From Eledone cirrhosa (taxonomy: Eukaryota): a DNA stretch of 64,000 nt. Below the pieces are notes generated by a model. It did not search any database, was not told the DNA's origin, and saw nothing but the letters and a program-made list of their open reading frames with translations. Shown one piece after another: positions 14,101-29,329 of this stretch (its first letter is position 1; each line of letters starts with the position of its first letter). A program made the position numbers and the translations under genes. The DNA lies in assembly GCA_964016885.1 (NCBI GenBank), contig OZ024745.1:42346001-42410000 (forward strand), in the 5' to 3' direction.

Positions 14101-17100
14101 TCCAGAGTGACTCCGGGTTCAGTGAAGTATAGTCTCACCTTATTGCAGATGACTAGATGACTAGGCAATAGAATGCAGAGTGACTCCTGGCTTCAGTGAA
14201 CTATAGTCTCACCTTATTTCAGATGACTAGATGACTAGGCAATAGAATGCAGAGTGACTCCTGGCTTCTGTGAACTATAGTCGCACCTTATTGCAGATGA
14301 CTAGATGACTAGGCAATAGAATGCAGAGTGACTCCTGGCTTCAGTGAAGTATAGTCTAACCATTGTTGCAGATGACTAGATGACTAGGCAATAGAATGCA
14401 GAGTGACTCCTGGCTTCAGTGAACTATAGTCTCACCTTATTGCAGATGACTAGATGACTAGGCAATAGAATGCAGAGGGACTCCTGGCTTCAGTGAACTA
14501 TAGTCTAACCATTGTTTCAGATGACTAGATGACTAGGCAATAGAATGCAGAATGACTCCTGGCTTCTGTGAACTATAGTCCCACCTTATTGCAGATGACT
14601 AGATTAACGCAATAGAATGCAGAGTGACTCTTGGCTTCAGTGAACTATAGTCTCACATTATTGCAGATGACTAGAATACTAGGCAATAGAATGCAGAGTG
14701 ACTCCTGGCTTCTGTGAACTGTAGTCTAACCATTGTTGCAGATGACTAGATGACTAGGCAATAAATTGCAGAGTGATTCCGGGTTCAGTGAAGTCTAGTC
14801 TCACCTTATTGCAGATGACTAGATGACTAGGCAATAGAATGCAGAGTGACTCCTGGTTTCAGTGAACTATAGGCTCACCTTATTGCAGATGACTAGATGA
14901 CTAAGCAAAAGAATGCAGAATGACTGCTGGCTTCAGTGAACTATAGTCTCACCTTATTGCAGATGACTAGATGACTAGGCAATAGAATACAGAGGGACTC
15001 CTGGCTTCAGTGAACTATAGTCTCAGCTTATTGCGGATGACTAGATGACTAGGCAATAGAATGCAGAGTGACTCCTGACTTCAGTGAAGTATAGTCTCAC
15101 CTTATTGCAGATGACTAGATGTCTAGGCAAAAGAATGCAGAGTGACTCCGGGTTTCAATGAACTATAGTCTTACCTTATTGCAGATGACTAAAATGACTA
15201 GGCAATAGAATGCAGTGACTCCTGGCTTCAGTGAAGTATAGTCTAACCATTGTTGCAGATGACTAGATGACTAGGCAATAGATTGCAGAGTGACTCCGGG
15301 TTTCAGTGCACTATAGTCTCACCTTATTGCAGATGACTAGATGACTAGGCAATAGAATGCAGAGTGACTCCTGGCTTCTGTGAACTATAGTCTCACCTTA
15401 TTGCAGATGACTAGATTACTACGCAATAGAATGCAGAGTGACTCCTGGCTTCAGTGAACTATAGTCTCACATTATTGCAGATGACTAGAAGACTAGGCAA
15501 TAGAATGCAGAGTGACTCCTGGCTTCTGTGAACTGTAGTCTAACCATTGTTGCAGATGACTAGATAACTAGGCAATAGATTGCAGAGTGACTCCGGGTTC
15601 AGTGAAGTATAGTCTCACCTTATTGCAGATGACTAGATGACTAGGCAATAGAATGCAGAGTGACTCCTGGCTTCAGTGAACTATAGGCTCACCTTATTGC
15701 AGATGACTAGATGACTAAGCAAAAGAATGCAGAGTGACTGCTGGCTTCAGTGAACTATAGTCTCACCTTATTGCAGATGACTAGATGACTAGGCAATAGA
15801 ATACAGAGGGACTCCTGGCTTCAGTGAACTATAGTCTCAGCTTATTGCGGATGACTAGATGACTAGGCAATAGAATGCAGAGTGACTCCTGACTTCAGTG
15901 AAGTATAGTCTCACCTTATTGCAGATGACTAGATGTCTAGGCAAAAGAATGCAGAGTGACTCCGGGTTTCAATGAACTATAGTCTTACCTTATTGCAGAT
16001 GACTAGATGACTAGGCAATAGAATGCAGTGACTCCTGGCTTCAGTGAAGTATAGTCTAACCATTGTTGCAGATGACTAGATGACTAGGCAATAGATTGCA
16101 GAGTGACTCCGGGTTTCAGTGAACTATAGTCTCACCTTATTGCAGATGACTAGATGACTAGGCAATAGAATGCAGAGTGACTCCTGGCTTCTGTGAACTA
16201 TAGTCTCACCTTATTGCAGATGACTAGATTACTACGCAATAGAATGCAGAGTGACTCCTGGCTTCAGTGAACTATAGTCTCACATTATTGCAGATGACTA
16301 GAAGACTAGGCAATAGAATGCAGAGTGACTCCTGGCTTCTGTGAACTGTAGTCTAACCATTGTTGCAGATGACTAGATAACTAGGCAATAGATTGCAGAG
16401 TGACTCCGGGTTCAGTGAAGTATAGTCTCACCTTATTGCAGATGACTAGATGACTAGGCAATAGAATGCAGAGTGACTCCTGGCTTCAGTGAACTATAGT
16501 CTCACCTTAGTGCAGATGACTAGATGACTAGGCAATAGAATGCAGAGTGACTCCTGGCTTCTGTGAACTATAGTCGCACCTTTTTGCAGATGACTAGATG
16601 ACTAGGCAATAGAATGCAGAGTGACTCCTGGCTTCAGTGAAGTATAGTCTAACCATTGTTGCAGATGACTAGATGACTAGGCAATAGAATGCAGAGTGAC
16701 TCCTGGCTTCGGTTATGTATAGTCTAACCTTTGTTGCAGATGACTAGATGACTAGTCAATAGAATGTAGAGTGACTCCTGGCTTCAGTGAACTATAGTCT
16801 CACCTTATTGCAGATGACTAGATGACTAGGCAATAGAATGCAGAGGGACTCCTGGCTTCAGTGAACTATAGTCTAACCATTGTTTCAGATGACTAGATGA
16901 CTAGGCAATAGATTGCAGAGTGATTCCGGGTTCAGTGAAGTCTAGTCTCACCTTATTGCAGATGACTAGATGACTAGGCAATAGAATGCAGAGTGACTCC
17001 TGGCTTCAGTGAACTATAGGCTCACCTTATTGCAGATGACTAGATGACTAAGCAAAAGAATGCAGAGTGACTGCTGGCCTCAGTGAACTATAGTCTCACC

Positions 17101-20100
17101 TTATTGCAGATGACTAGATGACTAGGCAATAGAATACAGAGGGACTCCTGGCTTCAGTGAACTATAGTCTCAGCTTATTGCGGATGACTAGATGACTAGG
17201 CAATAGAATGCAGAGTGACTCCTGACTTCAGTGAAGTATAGTCTCACCTTATTGCAGATGACTAGATGTCTAGGCAAAAGAATGCAGAGTGACTCCGGGT
17301 TTCAATGAACTATAGTCTTACCTTATTGCAGATGACTAGATGACTAGGCAATAGAATGCAGTGACTCCTGGCTTCAGTGAAGTATAGTCTAACCATTGTT
17401 GCAGATGACTAGATGACTAGGCAATAGATTGCAGAGTGACTCCGGGTTTCAGTGAACTATAGTCTCACCTTATTGCAGATGACTAGATGACTAGGCAATA
17501 GAATGCAGAGTGACTCCTGGCTTCTGTGAACTATAGTCTCACCTTATTGCAGATGACTAGATTACTTCGCAATAGAATGCAGAGTGACTCCTGGCTTCAG
17601 TGAACTATAGTCTCACCTTATTGCAAATGACGAGATGACTAGTCAATAGAAAGCAGAGTGACTCCTGGCTTCTGTGAACTATAGTCTCACCTTATTGCAG
17701 ATGAACTAGATGACTAGGCAATAGAATGCAGAGTGACTCCTGGCTTCAGTGAAGTATAGTCTAACCATTGTTGCAGATGACTAGATGACTAGGCAATAGA
17801 ATGCAGAGTGACTCCTGGCTTCTGTGAACTATAGTCTCACCTTATTGCAGATGACTAGATGACTAGGCAATAGAATGCAGAGTGACTCCTGGCTTCAGTG
17901 AAGTATAGTCTAACCATTGTTGCAGATGCCTAGATGACTAGGCAATAGAATGCAGAGTGACTCCTGGCTTCAGTGAACTATATTCTCAGCTTATTGCGGA
18001 TGACTAGATGACTAGGCAATAGAATGCAGAGTGACTCCTGACTTGAGTGAACTATAGTTTCACCTTATTGCAGATGACTAGATGACTAGGCAAAAGAATG
18101 CAAAGTGACTCCGGGTTTCAATGAACTATAGTCTCACCTTATTGCAGATGACTAGATGACTAGGCAATAGAATGCAGTGACTCCTGGCTTCAGTGAAGTA
18201 TAGTCTAACCATTGTTGCAGATGACTAGATGACTAGTCAATAGAATGCAGAGGGACTCCTGGCTTCAGTGAACTATAGTCTAACCATTGTTTCAGATGAC
18301 TAGATGACTAGGCAATAGAATGCAGAATGACTCCTGGCTTCTGTGAACTATAGTCCCACCTTATTGCAGATGACTAGATTAACGCAATAGAATGCAGAGT
18401 GACTCCTGGCTTCTGTGAACTGTAGTCTAAACATTGTTGCAGATGACTAGATGACTAGGCAATAGATTGCAGAGTGACTCCGGGTTCAGTGAAGTATAGT
18501 CTCACCTTATTGCAGATGACTAGATGACTAGGCAATAGAATGCAGAGTGACTCCTGGCTTAAGTGAACTATAGTCTCACCTTATTGCAGATGACTAGATG
18601 ACTAGGCAATAGAATGCAGAGTGACTCCTTGCTTCAGTGAAGTATAGTCTAACCATTGTTGCAGATGACTAGATGACTAGATGACTAGGCAATAGAATGC
18701 AGAATGACTCCTGGCTTCAGTGAACTATAGTCTCAACTTATTGCAGATGACTAGATGACTAGGCAATAGAATGGAGAGTGACTCCTGGCTTCTGTGAACT
18801 GTAGTCTAATCATTGTTGCAGAAGACTAGATGACTAGGCAATAGAATGCAGAGTGACTCCTTGCTTCAGTGAAGTATAGTCTAACCATTGTTGCAGATGA
18901 CTAGATGACTAGACAATAGAATGCAGTGACTCCTGCCTTCAGTGAAGTATAGTCTAACCATTGTTGCAGATGACTAGATGACTAGATGACTAGGCAATAG
19001 AATGCAGAATGACTCCTGGCTTCAGTGAACTATAGTCTCAACTTATTGCAGATGACTAGATGACTAGGCAATAGAATGCAGTGACTCCTGGCTTCAGTGA
19101 AGTATAGTCTAACCATTGTTTCAGAAGACTAGATGACTAGGCAATAGATTGCAGAGTGACTCCGGGTTCAGTGAAGTATAGTCTCACCTTATTGCAGATG
19201 ACTAGATGACTAGGCAATAGAATGCAGAGTGACTCCTGGCTTCAGTGAACTATAGACTCACCTTATTGCAAATGACGAGATGACTAGGCAATAGAATGCA
19301 GAGTGACTCCTGGCTTCTGTGAACTATAGTCTCACCTTATTGCAGATGACTAGATGACTAGGCAATAGAATGCAGAGTGACTCCTGGCTTAAGTGAAGTA
19401 TAGTCTAACCATTGTTGCAGATGACTAGATGACTAGGCAATAGAATGCAGAGTAACTCCTGGCTTCTGTGAACTATAGTCTCACCTTATTGCAGATGACT
19501 AGATGACTAGGCAATATAATGCAGAGTGACTCCTGGCTTCAGTGAAGTATAGTCTAACCATTGTTGCAGATGACTAGATGACTAGGCAATAGAATGCAGA
19601 GTGACTCCTGGCTTCTGTGAACTATAGTCGCACCTTATTGCAGATGACTAGATGACTAGGCAATAGAATGCAGAGTGACTCCTGGCTTCAGTGAAGTATA
19701 GTCTAACCATTGTTGCAGATGACTAGATGACTAGGCAATAGAATGCAGTGTGACTCCTGGCTTCAGTGAACTATAGTCTCACCTTATTGCAGATGACTAG
19801 ATGACTAGGCAATAGAATGCAGAGGGACTCCTGGCTTCAGTGAACTATAGTCTAACCATTGTTTCAGATGACTAGATGACTAGGCAATAGAATGCAGAAT
19901 GACTCCTGGCTTCTGTGAACTATAGTCCCACCTTATTGCAGATGACTAGATTAACGCAATAGAATGCAGAGTGACTCTTGGCTTCAGTGAACTATAGTCT
20001 CACATTATTGCAGATGACTAGAATACTAGGCAATAGAATGCAGAGTGACTCCTGGCTTCTGTGAACTGTAGTCTAACCATTGTTGCAGATGACTAGATGA

Positions 20101-23100
20101 CTAGGCAATAGATTGCAGAGTGATTCCGGGTTCAGTGAAGTCTAGTCTCACCTTATTGCAGATGACTAGATGACTAGGCAATAGAATGCAGAGTGACTCC
20201 TGGCTTCAGTGAACTATAGGCTCACCTTATTGCAGATGACTAGATGACTAAGCAAAAGAATGCAGAGTGACTGCTGGCTTCAGTGAACTATAGTCTCACC
20301 TTATTGCAGATGACTAGATGACTAGGCAATAGAATACAGAGGGACTCCTGGCTTCAGTGAACTATAGTCTCAGCTTATTGCGGATGACTAGATGACTAGG
20401 CAATAGAAATGCAGAGTGACTCCTGACTTCAGTGAAGTATAGTCTCACCTTATTGCAGATGACTAGATGTCTAGGCAAAAGAATGCAGAGTGACTCCGGG
20501 TTTCAATGAACTATAGTCTTACCTTATTGCAGATGACTAGATGACTAGGCAATAGAATGCAGTGACTCCTGGCTTCAGTGAAGTATAGTCTAACCATTGT
20601 TGCAGATGACTAGATGACTAGGCAATAGATTGCAGAGTGACTCCGGGTTTCAGTGAACTATAGTCTCACCTTATTGCAGATGACTAGATGACTAGGCAAT
20701 AGAATGCAGAGTGACTCCTGGCTTCTGTGAACTATAGTCTCACCTTATTGCAGATGACTAGATTACTACGCAATAGAATGCAGAGTGACTCCTGGCTTCA
20801 GTGAACTATAGTTTCACATTATTGCAGATGACTAGAAGACTAGGCAATAGAATGCAGAGTGACTCCTGGCTTCTGTGAACTGTAGTCTAACCATTGTTGC
20901 AGATGACTAGATAACTAGGCAATAGATTCCAGAGTGACTCCGGGTTCAGTGAAGTATAGTCTCACCTTATTGCAGATGACTAGATGACTAGGCAATAGAA
21001 TGCAGAGTGACTCCTGGCTTCAGTGAACTATAGTCTCACCTTATTTCAGATGACTAGATGACTAGGCAATAGAATGCAGAGTGACTCCTGGCTTCTGTGA
21101 ACTATAGTCGCACCTTATTGCAGATGACTAGATGACTAGGCAATAGAATGCAGAGTGACTCCTGGCTTCAGTGAAGTATAGTCTAACCATTGTTGCAGAT
21201 GACTAGATGACTAGGCAATAGAATGCAGAGTGACTCCTGGCTTCAGTGAACTATAGTCTCACCTTATTGCAGATGACTAGATGACTAGGCAATAGAATGC
21301 AGAGGGACTCCTGGCTTCAGTGAACTATAGTCTAACCATTGTTTCAGATGACTAGATGACTAGGCAATAGAATGCAGAATGACTCCTGGCTTCTGTGAAC
21401 TATAGTCCCACCTTATTGCAGATGACTAGATTAACGCAATAGAATGCAGAGTGACTCTTGGCTTCAGTGAACTATAGTCTCACATTATTGCAGATGACTA
21501 GAATACTAGGCAATAGAATGCAGAGTGACTCCTGGCTTCTGTGAACTGTAGTCTAACCATTGTTGCAGATGACTAGATGACTAGGCAATAAATTGCAGAG
21601 TGATTCCGGGTTCAGTGAAGTCTAGTCTCACCTTATTGCAGATGACTAGATGACTAGGCAATAGAATGCAGAGTGACTCCTGGTTTCAGTGAACTATAGG
21701 CTCACCTTATTGCAGATGACTAGATGACTAAGCAAAAGAATGCAGAATGACTGCTGGCTTCAGTGAACTATAGTCTCACCTTATTGCAGATGACTAGATG
21801 ACTAGGCAATAGAATACAGAGGGACTCCTGGCTTCAGTGAACTATAGTCTCAGCTTATTGCGGATGACTAGATGACTAGGCAATAGAATGCAGAGTGACT
21901 CCTGACTTCAGTGAAGTATAGTCTCACCTTATTGCAGATGACTAGATGTCTAGGCAGAAGAATGCAGAGTGACTCCGGGTTTCAATGAACTATAGTCTTA
22001 CCTTATTGCAGATGACTAAAATGACTAGGCAATAGAATGCAGTGACTCCTGGCTTCAGTGAAGTATAGTCTAACCATTGTTGCAGATGACTAGATGACTA
22101 GGCAATAGATTGCAGAGTGACTCCGGGTTTCAGTGCACTATAGTCTCACCTTATTGCAGATGACTAGATGACTAGGCAATAGAATGCAGAGTGACTCCTG
22201 GCTTCTGTGAACTATAGTCTCACCTTATTGCAGATGACTAGATTACTACGCAATAGAATGCAGAGTGACTCCTGGCTTCAGTGAACTATAGTCTCACATT
22301 ATTGCAGATGACTAGAAGACTAGGCAATAGAATGCAGAGTGACTCCTGGCTTCTGTGAACTGTAGTCTAACCATTGTTGCAGATGACTAGATAACTAGGC
22401 AATAGATTGCAGAGTGACTCCGGGTTCAGTGAAGTATAGTCTCACCTTATTGCAGATGACTAGATGACTAGGCAATAGAATGCAGAGTGACTCCTGGCTT
22501 CAGTGAACTATAGGCTCACCTTATTGCAGATGACTAGATGACTAAGCAAAAGAATGCAGAGTGACTGCTGGCTTCAGTGAACTATAGTCTCACCTTATTG
22601 CAGATGACTAGATGACTAGGCAATAGAATACAGAGGGACTCCTGGCTTCAGTGAACTATAGTCTCAGCTTATTGCGGATGACTAGATGACTAGGCAATAG
22701 AATGCAGAGTGACTCCTGACTTCAGTGAAGTATAGTCTCACCTTATTGCAGATGACTAGATGTCTAGGCAAAAGAATGCAGAGTGACTCCTGGCTTCTGT
22801 GAACTGTAGTCTAACCATTGTTGCAGATGACTAGATAACTAGGCAATAGATTCCAGAGTGACTCCGGGTTCAGTGAAGTATAGTCTCACCTTATTGCAGA
22901 TGACTAGATGACTAGGCAATAGAATGCAGAGTGACTCCTGGCTTCAGTGAACTATAGTCTCACCTTATTTCAGATGACTAGATGACTAGGCAATAGAATG
23001 CAGAGTGACTCCTGGCTTCTGTGAACTATAGTCGCACCTTATTGCAGATGACTAGATGACTAGGCAATAGAATGCAGAGTGACTCCTGGCTTCAGTGAAG

Positions 23101-26100
23101 TATAGTCTAACCATTGTTGCAGATGACTAGATGACTAGGCAATAGAATGCAGAGTGACTCCTGGCTTCAGTGAACTATAGTCTCACCTTATTGCAGATGA
23201 CTAGATGACTAGGCAATAGAATGCAGAGGGACTCCTGGCTTCAGTGAACTATAGTCTAACCATTGTTTCAGATGACTAGATGACTAGGCAATAGAATGCA
23301 GAATGACTCCTGGCTTCTGTGAACTATAGTCCCACCTTATTGCAGATGACTAGATTAACGCAATAGAATGCAGAGTGACTCTTGGCTTCAGTGAACTATA
23401 GTCTCACATTATTGCAGATGACTAGAATACTAGGCAATAGAATGCAGAGTGACTCCTGGCTTCTGTGAACTGTAGTCTAACCATTGTTGCAGATGACTAG
23501 ATGACTAGGCAATAAATTGCAGAGTGATTCCGGGTTCAGTGAAGTCTAGTCTCACCTTATTGCAGATGACTAGATGACTAGGCAATAGAATGCAGAGTGA
23601 CTCCTGGTTTCAGTGAACTATAGGCTCACCTTATTGCAGATGACTAGATGACTAAGCAAAAGAATGCAGAATGACTGCTGGCTTCAGTGAACTATAGTCT
23701 CACCTTATTGCAGATGACTAGATGACTAGGCAATAGAATACAGAGGGACTCCTGGCTTCAGTGAACTATAGTCTCAGCTTATTGCGGATGACTAGATGAC
23801 TAGGCAATAGAATGCAGAGTGACTCCTGACTTCAGTGAAGTATAGTCTCACCTTATTGCAGATGACTAGATGTCTAGGCAGAAGAATGCAGAGTGACTCC
23901 GGGTTTCAATGAACTATAGTCTTACCTTATTGCAGATGACTAAAATGACTAGGCAATAGAATGCAGTGACTCCTGGCTTCAGTGAAGTATAGTCTAACCA
24001 TTGTTGCAGATGACTAGATGACTAGGCAATAGATTGCAGAGTGACTCCGGGTTTCAGTGCACTATAGTCTCACCTTATTGCAGATGACTAGATGACTAGG
24101 CAATAGAATGCAGAGTGACTCCTGGCTTCTGTGAACTATAGTCTCACCTTATTGCAGATGACTAGATTACTACGCAATAGAATGCAGAGTGACTCCTGGC
24201 TTCAGTGAACTATAGTCTCACATTATTGCAGATGACTAGAAGACTAGGCAATAGAATGCAGAGTGACTCCTGGCTTCTGTGAACTGTAGTCTAACCATTG
24301 TTGCAGATGACTAGATAACTAGGCAATAGATTGCAGAGTGACTCCGGGTTCAGTGAAGTATAGTCTCACCTTATTGCAGATGACTAGATGACTAGGCAAT
24401 AGAATGCAGAGTGACTCCTGGCTTCAGTGAACTATAGGCTCACCTTATTGCAGATGACTAGATGACTAAGCAAAAGAATGCAGAGTGACTGCTGGCTTCA
24501 GTGAACTATAGTCTCACCTTATTGCAGATGACTAGATGACTAGGCAATAGAATACAGAGGGACTCCTGGCTTCAGTGAACTATAGTCTCAGCTTATTGCG
24601 GATGACTAGATGACTAGGCAATAGAATGCAGAGTGACTCCTGACTTCAGTGAAGTATAGTCTCACCTTATTGCAGATGACTAGATGTCTAGGCAAAAGAA
24701 TGCAGAGTGACTCCGGGTTTCAATGAACTATAGTCTTACCTTATTGCAGATGACTAGATGACTAGGCAATAGAATGCAGTGACTCCTGGCTTCAGTGAAG
24801 TATAGTCTAACCATTGTTGCAGATGACTAGATGACTAGGCAATAGATTGCAGAGTTACTCCGGGTTTCAGTGAACTATAGTCTCACCTTATTGCAGATGA
24901 CTAGATGACTAGGCAATAGAATGCAGAGTGACTCCTGGCTTCTGTGAACTATAGTCTCACCTTATTGCAGATGACTAGATTACTACGCAATAGAATGCAG
25001 AGTGACTCCTGGCTTCAGTGAACTATAGTCTCACATTATTGCAGATGACTAGAAGACTAGGCAATAGAATGCAGAGTGACTCCTGGCTTCTGTGAACTGT
25101 AGTCTAACCATTGTTGCAGATGACTAGATAACTAGGCAATAGATTGCAGAGTGACTCCGGGTTCAGTGAAGTATAGTCTCACCTTATTGCAGATGACTAG
25201 ATGACTAGGCAATAGAATGCAGAGTGACTCCTGGCTTCAGTGAACTATAGTCTCACCTTAGTGCAGATGACTAGATGACTAGGCAATAGAATGCAGAGTG
25301 ACTCCTGGCTTCTGTGAACTATAGTCGCACCTTTTTGCAGATGACTAGATGACTAGGCAATAGAATGCAGAGTGACTCCTGGCTTCAGTGAAGTATAGTC
25401 TAACCATTGTTGCAGATGACTAGATGACTAGGCAATAGAATGCAGAGTGACTCCTGGCTTCGGTTATGTATAGTCTAACCTTTGTTGCAGATGACTAGAT
25501 GACTAGTCAATAGAATGTAGAGTGACTCCTGGCTACAGTGAACTATAGTCTCACCTTATTGCAGATGACTAGATGACTAGGCAATAGAATGCAGAGGGAC
25601 TCCTGGCTTCAGTGAACTATAGTCTAACCATTGTTTCAGATGACTAGATGACTAGGCAATAGATTGCAGAGTGATTCCGGGTTCAGTGAAGTCTAGTCTC
25701 ACCTTATTGCAGATGACTAGATGACTAGGCAATAGAATGCAGAGTGACTCCTGGCTTCAGTGAACTATAGGCTCACCTTATTGCAGATGACTAGATGACT
25801 AAGCAAAAGAATGCAGAGTGACTGCTGGCCTCAGTGAACTATAGTCTCACCTTATTGCAGATGACTAGATGACTAGGCAATAGAATACAGAGGGACTCCT
25901 GGCTTCAGTGAACTATAGTCTCAGCTTATTGCGGATGACTAGATGACTAGGCAATAGAATGCAGAGTGACTCCTGACTTCAGTGAAGTATAGTCTCACCT
26001 TATTGCAGATGACTAGATGTCTAGGCAAAAGAATGCAGAGTGACTCCGGGTTTCAATGAACTATAGTCTTACCTTATTGCAGATGACTAGATGACTAGGC

Positions 26101-26365
26101 AATAGAATGCAGTGACTCCTGGCTTCAGTGAAGTATAGTCTAACCATTGTTGCAGATGACTAGATGACTAGGCAATAGATTGCAGAGTGACTCCGGGTTT
26201 CAGTGAACTATAGTCTCACCTTATTGCAGATGACTAGATGACTAGGCAATAGAATGCAGAGTGACTCCTGGCTTCTGTGAACTATAGTCTCACCTTATTG
26301 CAGATGACTAGATTACTTCGCAATAGAATGCAGAGTGACTCCTGGCTTCAGTGAACTATAGTCTC
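10790..26365. repeat. Tandem duplication, 6827-bp period (~92 monomers); the second copy carries an internal 1924-bp duplication
   Basis: Offset 6827: GATGAACTAG 10873/17700, TAGAAATGC monomer 13571/20398, TCCAGAG 14101/20928. Offset 8751 (6827+1924): GGTTATGTAT 16711/25462, ATTACTTCGC 17561/26312. Confidence 0.9.
20866..24714. repeat. Tandem duplication, 1924-bp period (26 monomers)
   Basis: TCCAGAG 20928/22852; private TAGGCAGAAG 21951/23875; chimeric junction monomer at ~22775-22790. Confidence 0.9.
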
Positions 26366-29329
26366 ACATTATTGCAGATGACTAGAAGACTAGGCAATAG
26401 AATGCAGAGTGACTCCTGGCTTCTGTGAACTGTAGTCTAACCATTGTTGCAGATGACTAGATAACTAGGCAATAGATTGCAGAGTGACTCCGGGTTCAGT
26501 GAAGTATAGTCTCACCTTATTGCAGATGACTAGATGACTAGGCAATAGAATGCAGAGTGACTCCTGGCTTCAGTGAACTATAGTCTCACCTTAGTGCAGA
26601 TGACTAGATGACTAGGCAATAGAATGCAGAGGGACTCCTAGCTTCAGTGAACTATAGTCTCACCTTATTGCAGATGACTAGATGACTAGGCAATAGAATG
26701 CAGAGTGACTCCTGGCTTCGGTGAAGTATAGTCTAACCTTTGTTGCAGATGACTAGATGACTAGGCAATAGAATGCAGAGTGACTCCTGGCTTCAGTGAA
26801 CTATAGTCTCACCTTATTGCAGATGACTAGATGACTAGGCAATAGAATGCAGAGGGACTCCTGGCTTCAGTGAACTATAGTCTCACCTTATTGCAGATGA
26901 CTAGATGACTAGGCAATAGAATGCAGAGTGACTCCTGGCTTCGGTGAAGTATAGTCTAACCATTGTTGCAGATGACTAGATGACTAGGCAATAGAATGCA
27001 GTGACTCCTGGCTTCAGTGAAGTATAGTCTAACCATTGTTGCAGATGACTAGATGACTAGGCAATAGAATGCAGAGTGACTCCTGGCTTCAGTGAACTAT
27101 AGTCTCACCTTATTGCAGATGACTAGATGACTAGGCAATAGAATGCAGTGTGAATCCTGGCTTCAGTGAAGTATAGTCTAACCATTGTTGCAGATGACTA
27201 GATGACTAGGCAATAGAATGCAGTGACTCCTGGCTTCAGTGAAGTATAGTCTAACCATTGTTGCAGATGACTAGATGACTAGGCAATAGAATGCAGTGAC
27301 TCCTGGCTTCAGTGAAGTATAGTCTAACCATTGTTGCAGATGACTAGATGACTAGGCAATAGAATGCAGAATGACTCCTGGCTTCAGTGAACTATAGTCT
27401 CAACTTATTGCAGATGACTAGATGACTAGGCAATAGAATGGAGAGTGACTCCTGGCTTCTGTGAACTGTAGTCTAATCATTGTTGCAGATGACTAGATGA
27501 CTAGGCAATAGATTGCAGAGTGACTGCGGGCTTCAGTGAAGTATAGTCTCACCTATTGCAGATGACTAGATGACAAGGCAAAAGAATGCAGAGTGACTCC
27601 GGGTTTCAATGAACTATAGTCTCACATAATTGCAGATGACTAGATGACTAGGCAATATAATGCAGTGACTCCTGGCTTCAGTGAAGTATAGTCTAACCAT
27701 TGTTTCAGATGACTAGATGACTAGGCAATAGAATGCAGAATGACTCCTGGCTTCTGTGAACTATAGTCCCACCTTATTGCAGATGACTAGATTACTACGC
27801 AATAGAATGCAGAGTGACTCCTGGCTTCAGTGAACTATAGTCTCACATTATTGCAGATGACTAGAAGACTAGGCAATAGAATGCAGAGTGACTCCTGGCT
27901 TCTGTGAACTGTAGTATAACCATTGTTGCAGATGACTAGATGACCAGGCAATAGATTGCAGAGTGACTCCGGGTTCAGTGAAGTATAGTCTCTCCTTATT
28001 GCAGATGACTAGATGACTAGGCAATAGAATGCAGAGTGACTCCTGACTTCAGTGAACTATAGTCTCACCTTATTGCAAATGACGAGATGACTAGGCAATA
28101 GAATGCAGAGTGACTCCTGGCTTCTGTGCACTATAGTCTCACCTTATTGCAGATGACAAGATGACTAGGCAATAGAATGCAGAGTGACTCCTGGCTTCAG
28201 TGAAGTATAGTCTAACCATTGTTGCAGATGACTAGATGACAAGGCAATAGAATGCAGAGTGACTCCTGGCTTCTGTGAACTATAGTCTCACCTTATTGCA
28301 GATGACTAGATGACTAGGCAATAGAATGCAGAGTGACTCCTGACTTCAGTGAACTATAGTCTCACCTTATTGCAGATGACCAGATGACTAGGCAAAAGAA
28401 TGCAGAGTGACTCCGGGTTTCAATGAACTATAGTCTCACCTTATTGCAGATGACTAGATGACTAGGCAATAGAATGCAGTGACTCCTGGCTTCAGTGAAG
28501 TATAGTCTAACCATTGTTGCAGATGACTAGATGACTAGGCAATAGAATGCAGAGGGACTCCTGGCTTCAGTGAACTATAGTCTAACCATTGTTTCAGATG
28601 ACTAGATGACTAGGCAATAGAATGCAGAATGACTCCTAGCTTCTGTGAACTATAGTCCCACCTTATTGCAGATGACTAGATTAACGCAATAGAATGCAGA
28701 GTGACTCTTGGCTTCAGTGAACTATAGTCTCACATTATTGCAGATGACTAGAATACTAGGCAATAGAATGCAGAGTGACTCCTGGCTTCTGTGAACTGTA
28801 GTCTAAACATTGTTGCAGATGACTAGATGACTAGGCAATAGATTGCAGAGTGACTCCGGGTTCAGTGAAGTATAGTCTCACCTTATTGCAGATGACTATA
28901 TGACTAGGCAATATAATGCAGAGGGACTCCTGGCTTCAGTGAAATATAGTCTCACCTTATTGCAGATGACTAGATGACTAGGCAATAGAATGCAGAGTGA
29001 CTCCTTGCTTCAGTGAAGTATAGTCTAACCATTGTTGCAGATGACTAGATGGCTAGGCAATAGAATGCAGAGTGACTCCTGGATTCTGGGAACTATAGTC
29101 TCACCTTATTGCAGATGACTAGATGACTAGGCAATAGAATGCAGAGTGACTCCTGGCTTCTGTGAACTGTAGTCTAATCATTGTTGCAGATGACTAGATG
29201 ATTAGTCAATAGATTGCAGAGTGACTGCGGGCTTCAGTGAGGTATAGTCTCACCTTATTGCAGATGACTAGATTACAAGGCAAAAGAATGCGGAGTGACT
29301 CCGGGTTTCAATGAACTATAGTCTCACCT

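Noticed and set aside
16709-16720. Clustered substitutions CGGTTATGTAT (also 25461) and singleton CTCCTTCGCT at 55601
   Set aside because: Useful as markers only. The first builds on the existing TTCGGTG variant and the second may be a consensus error.
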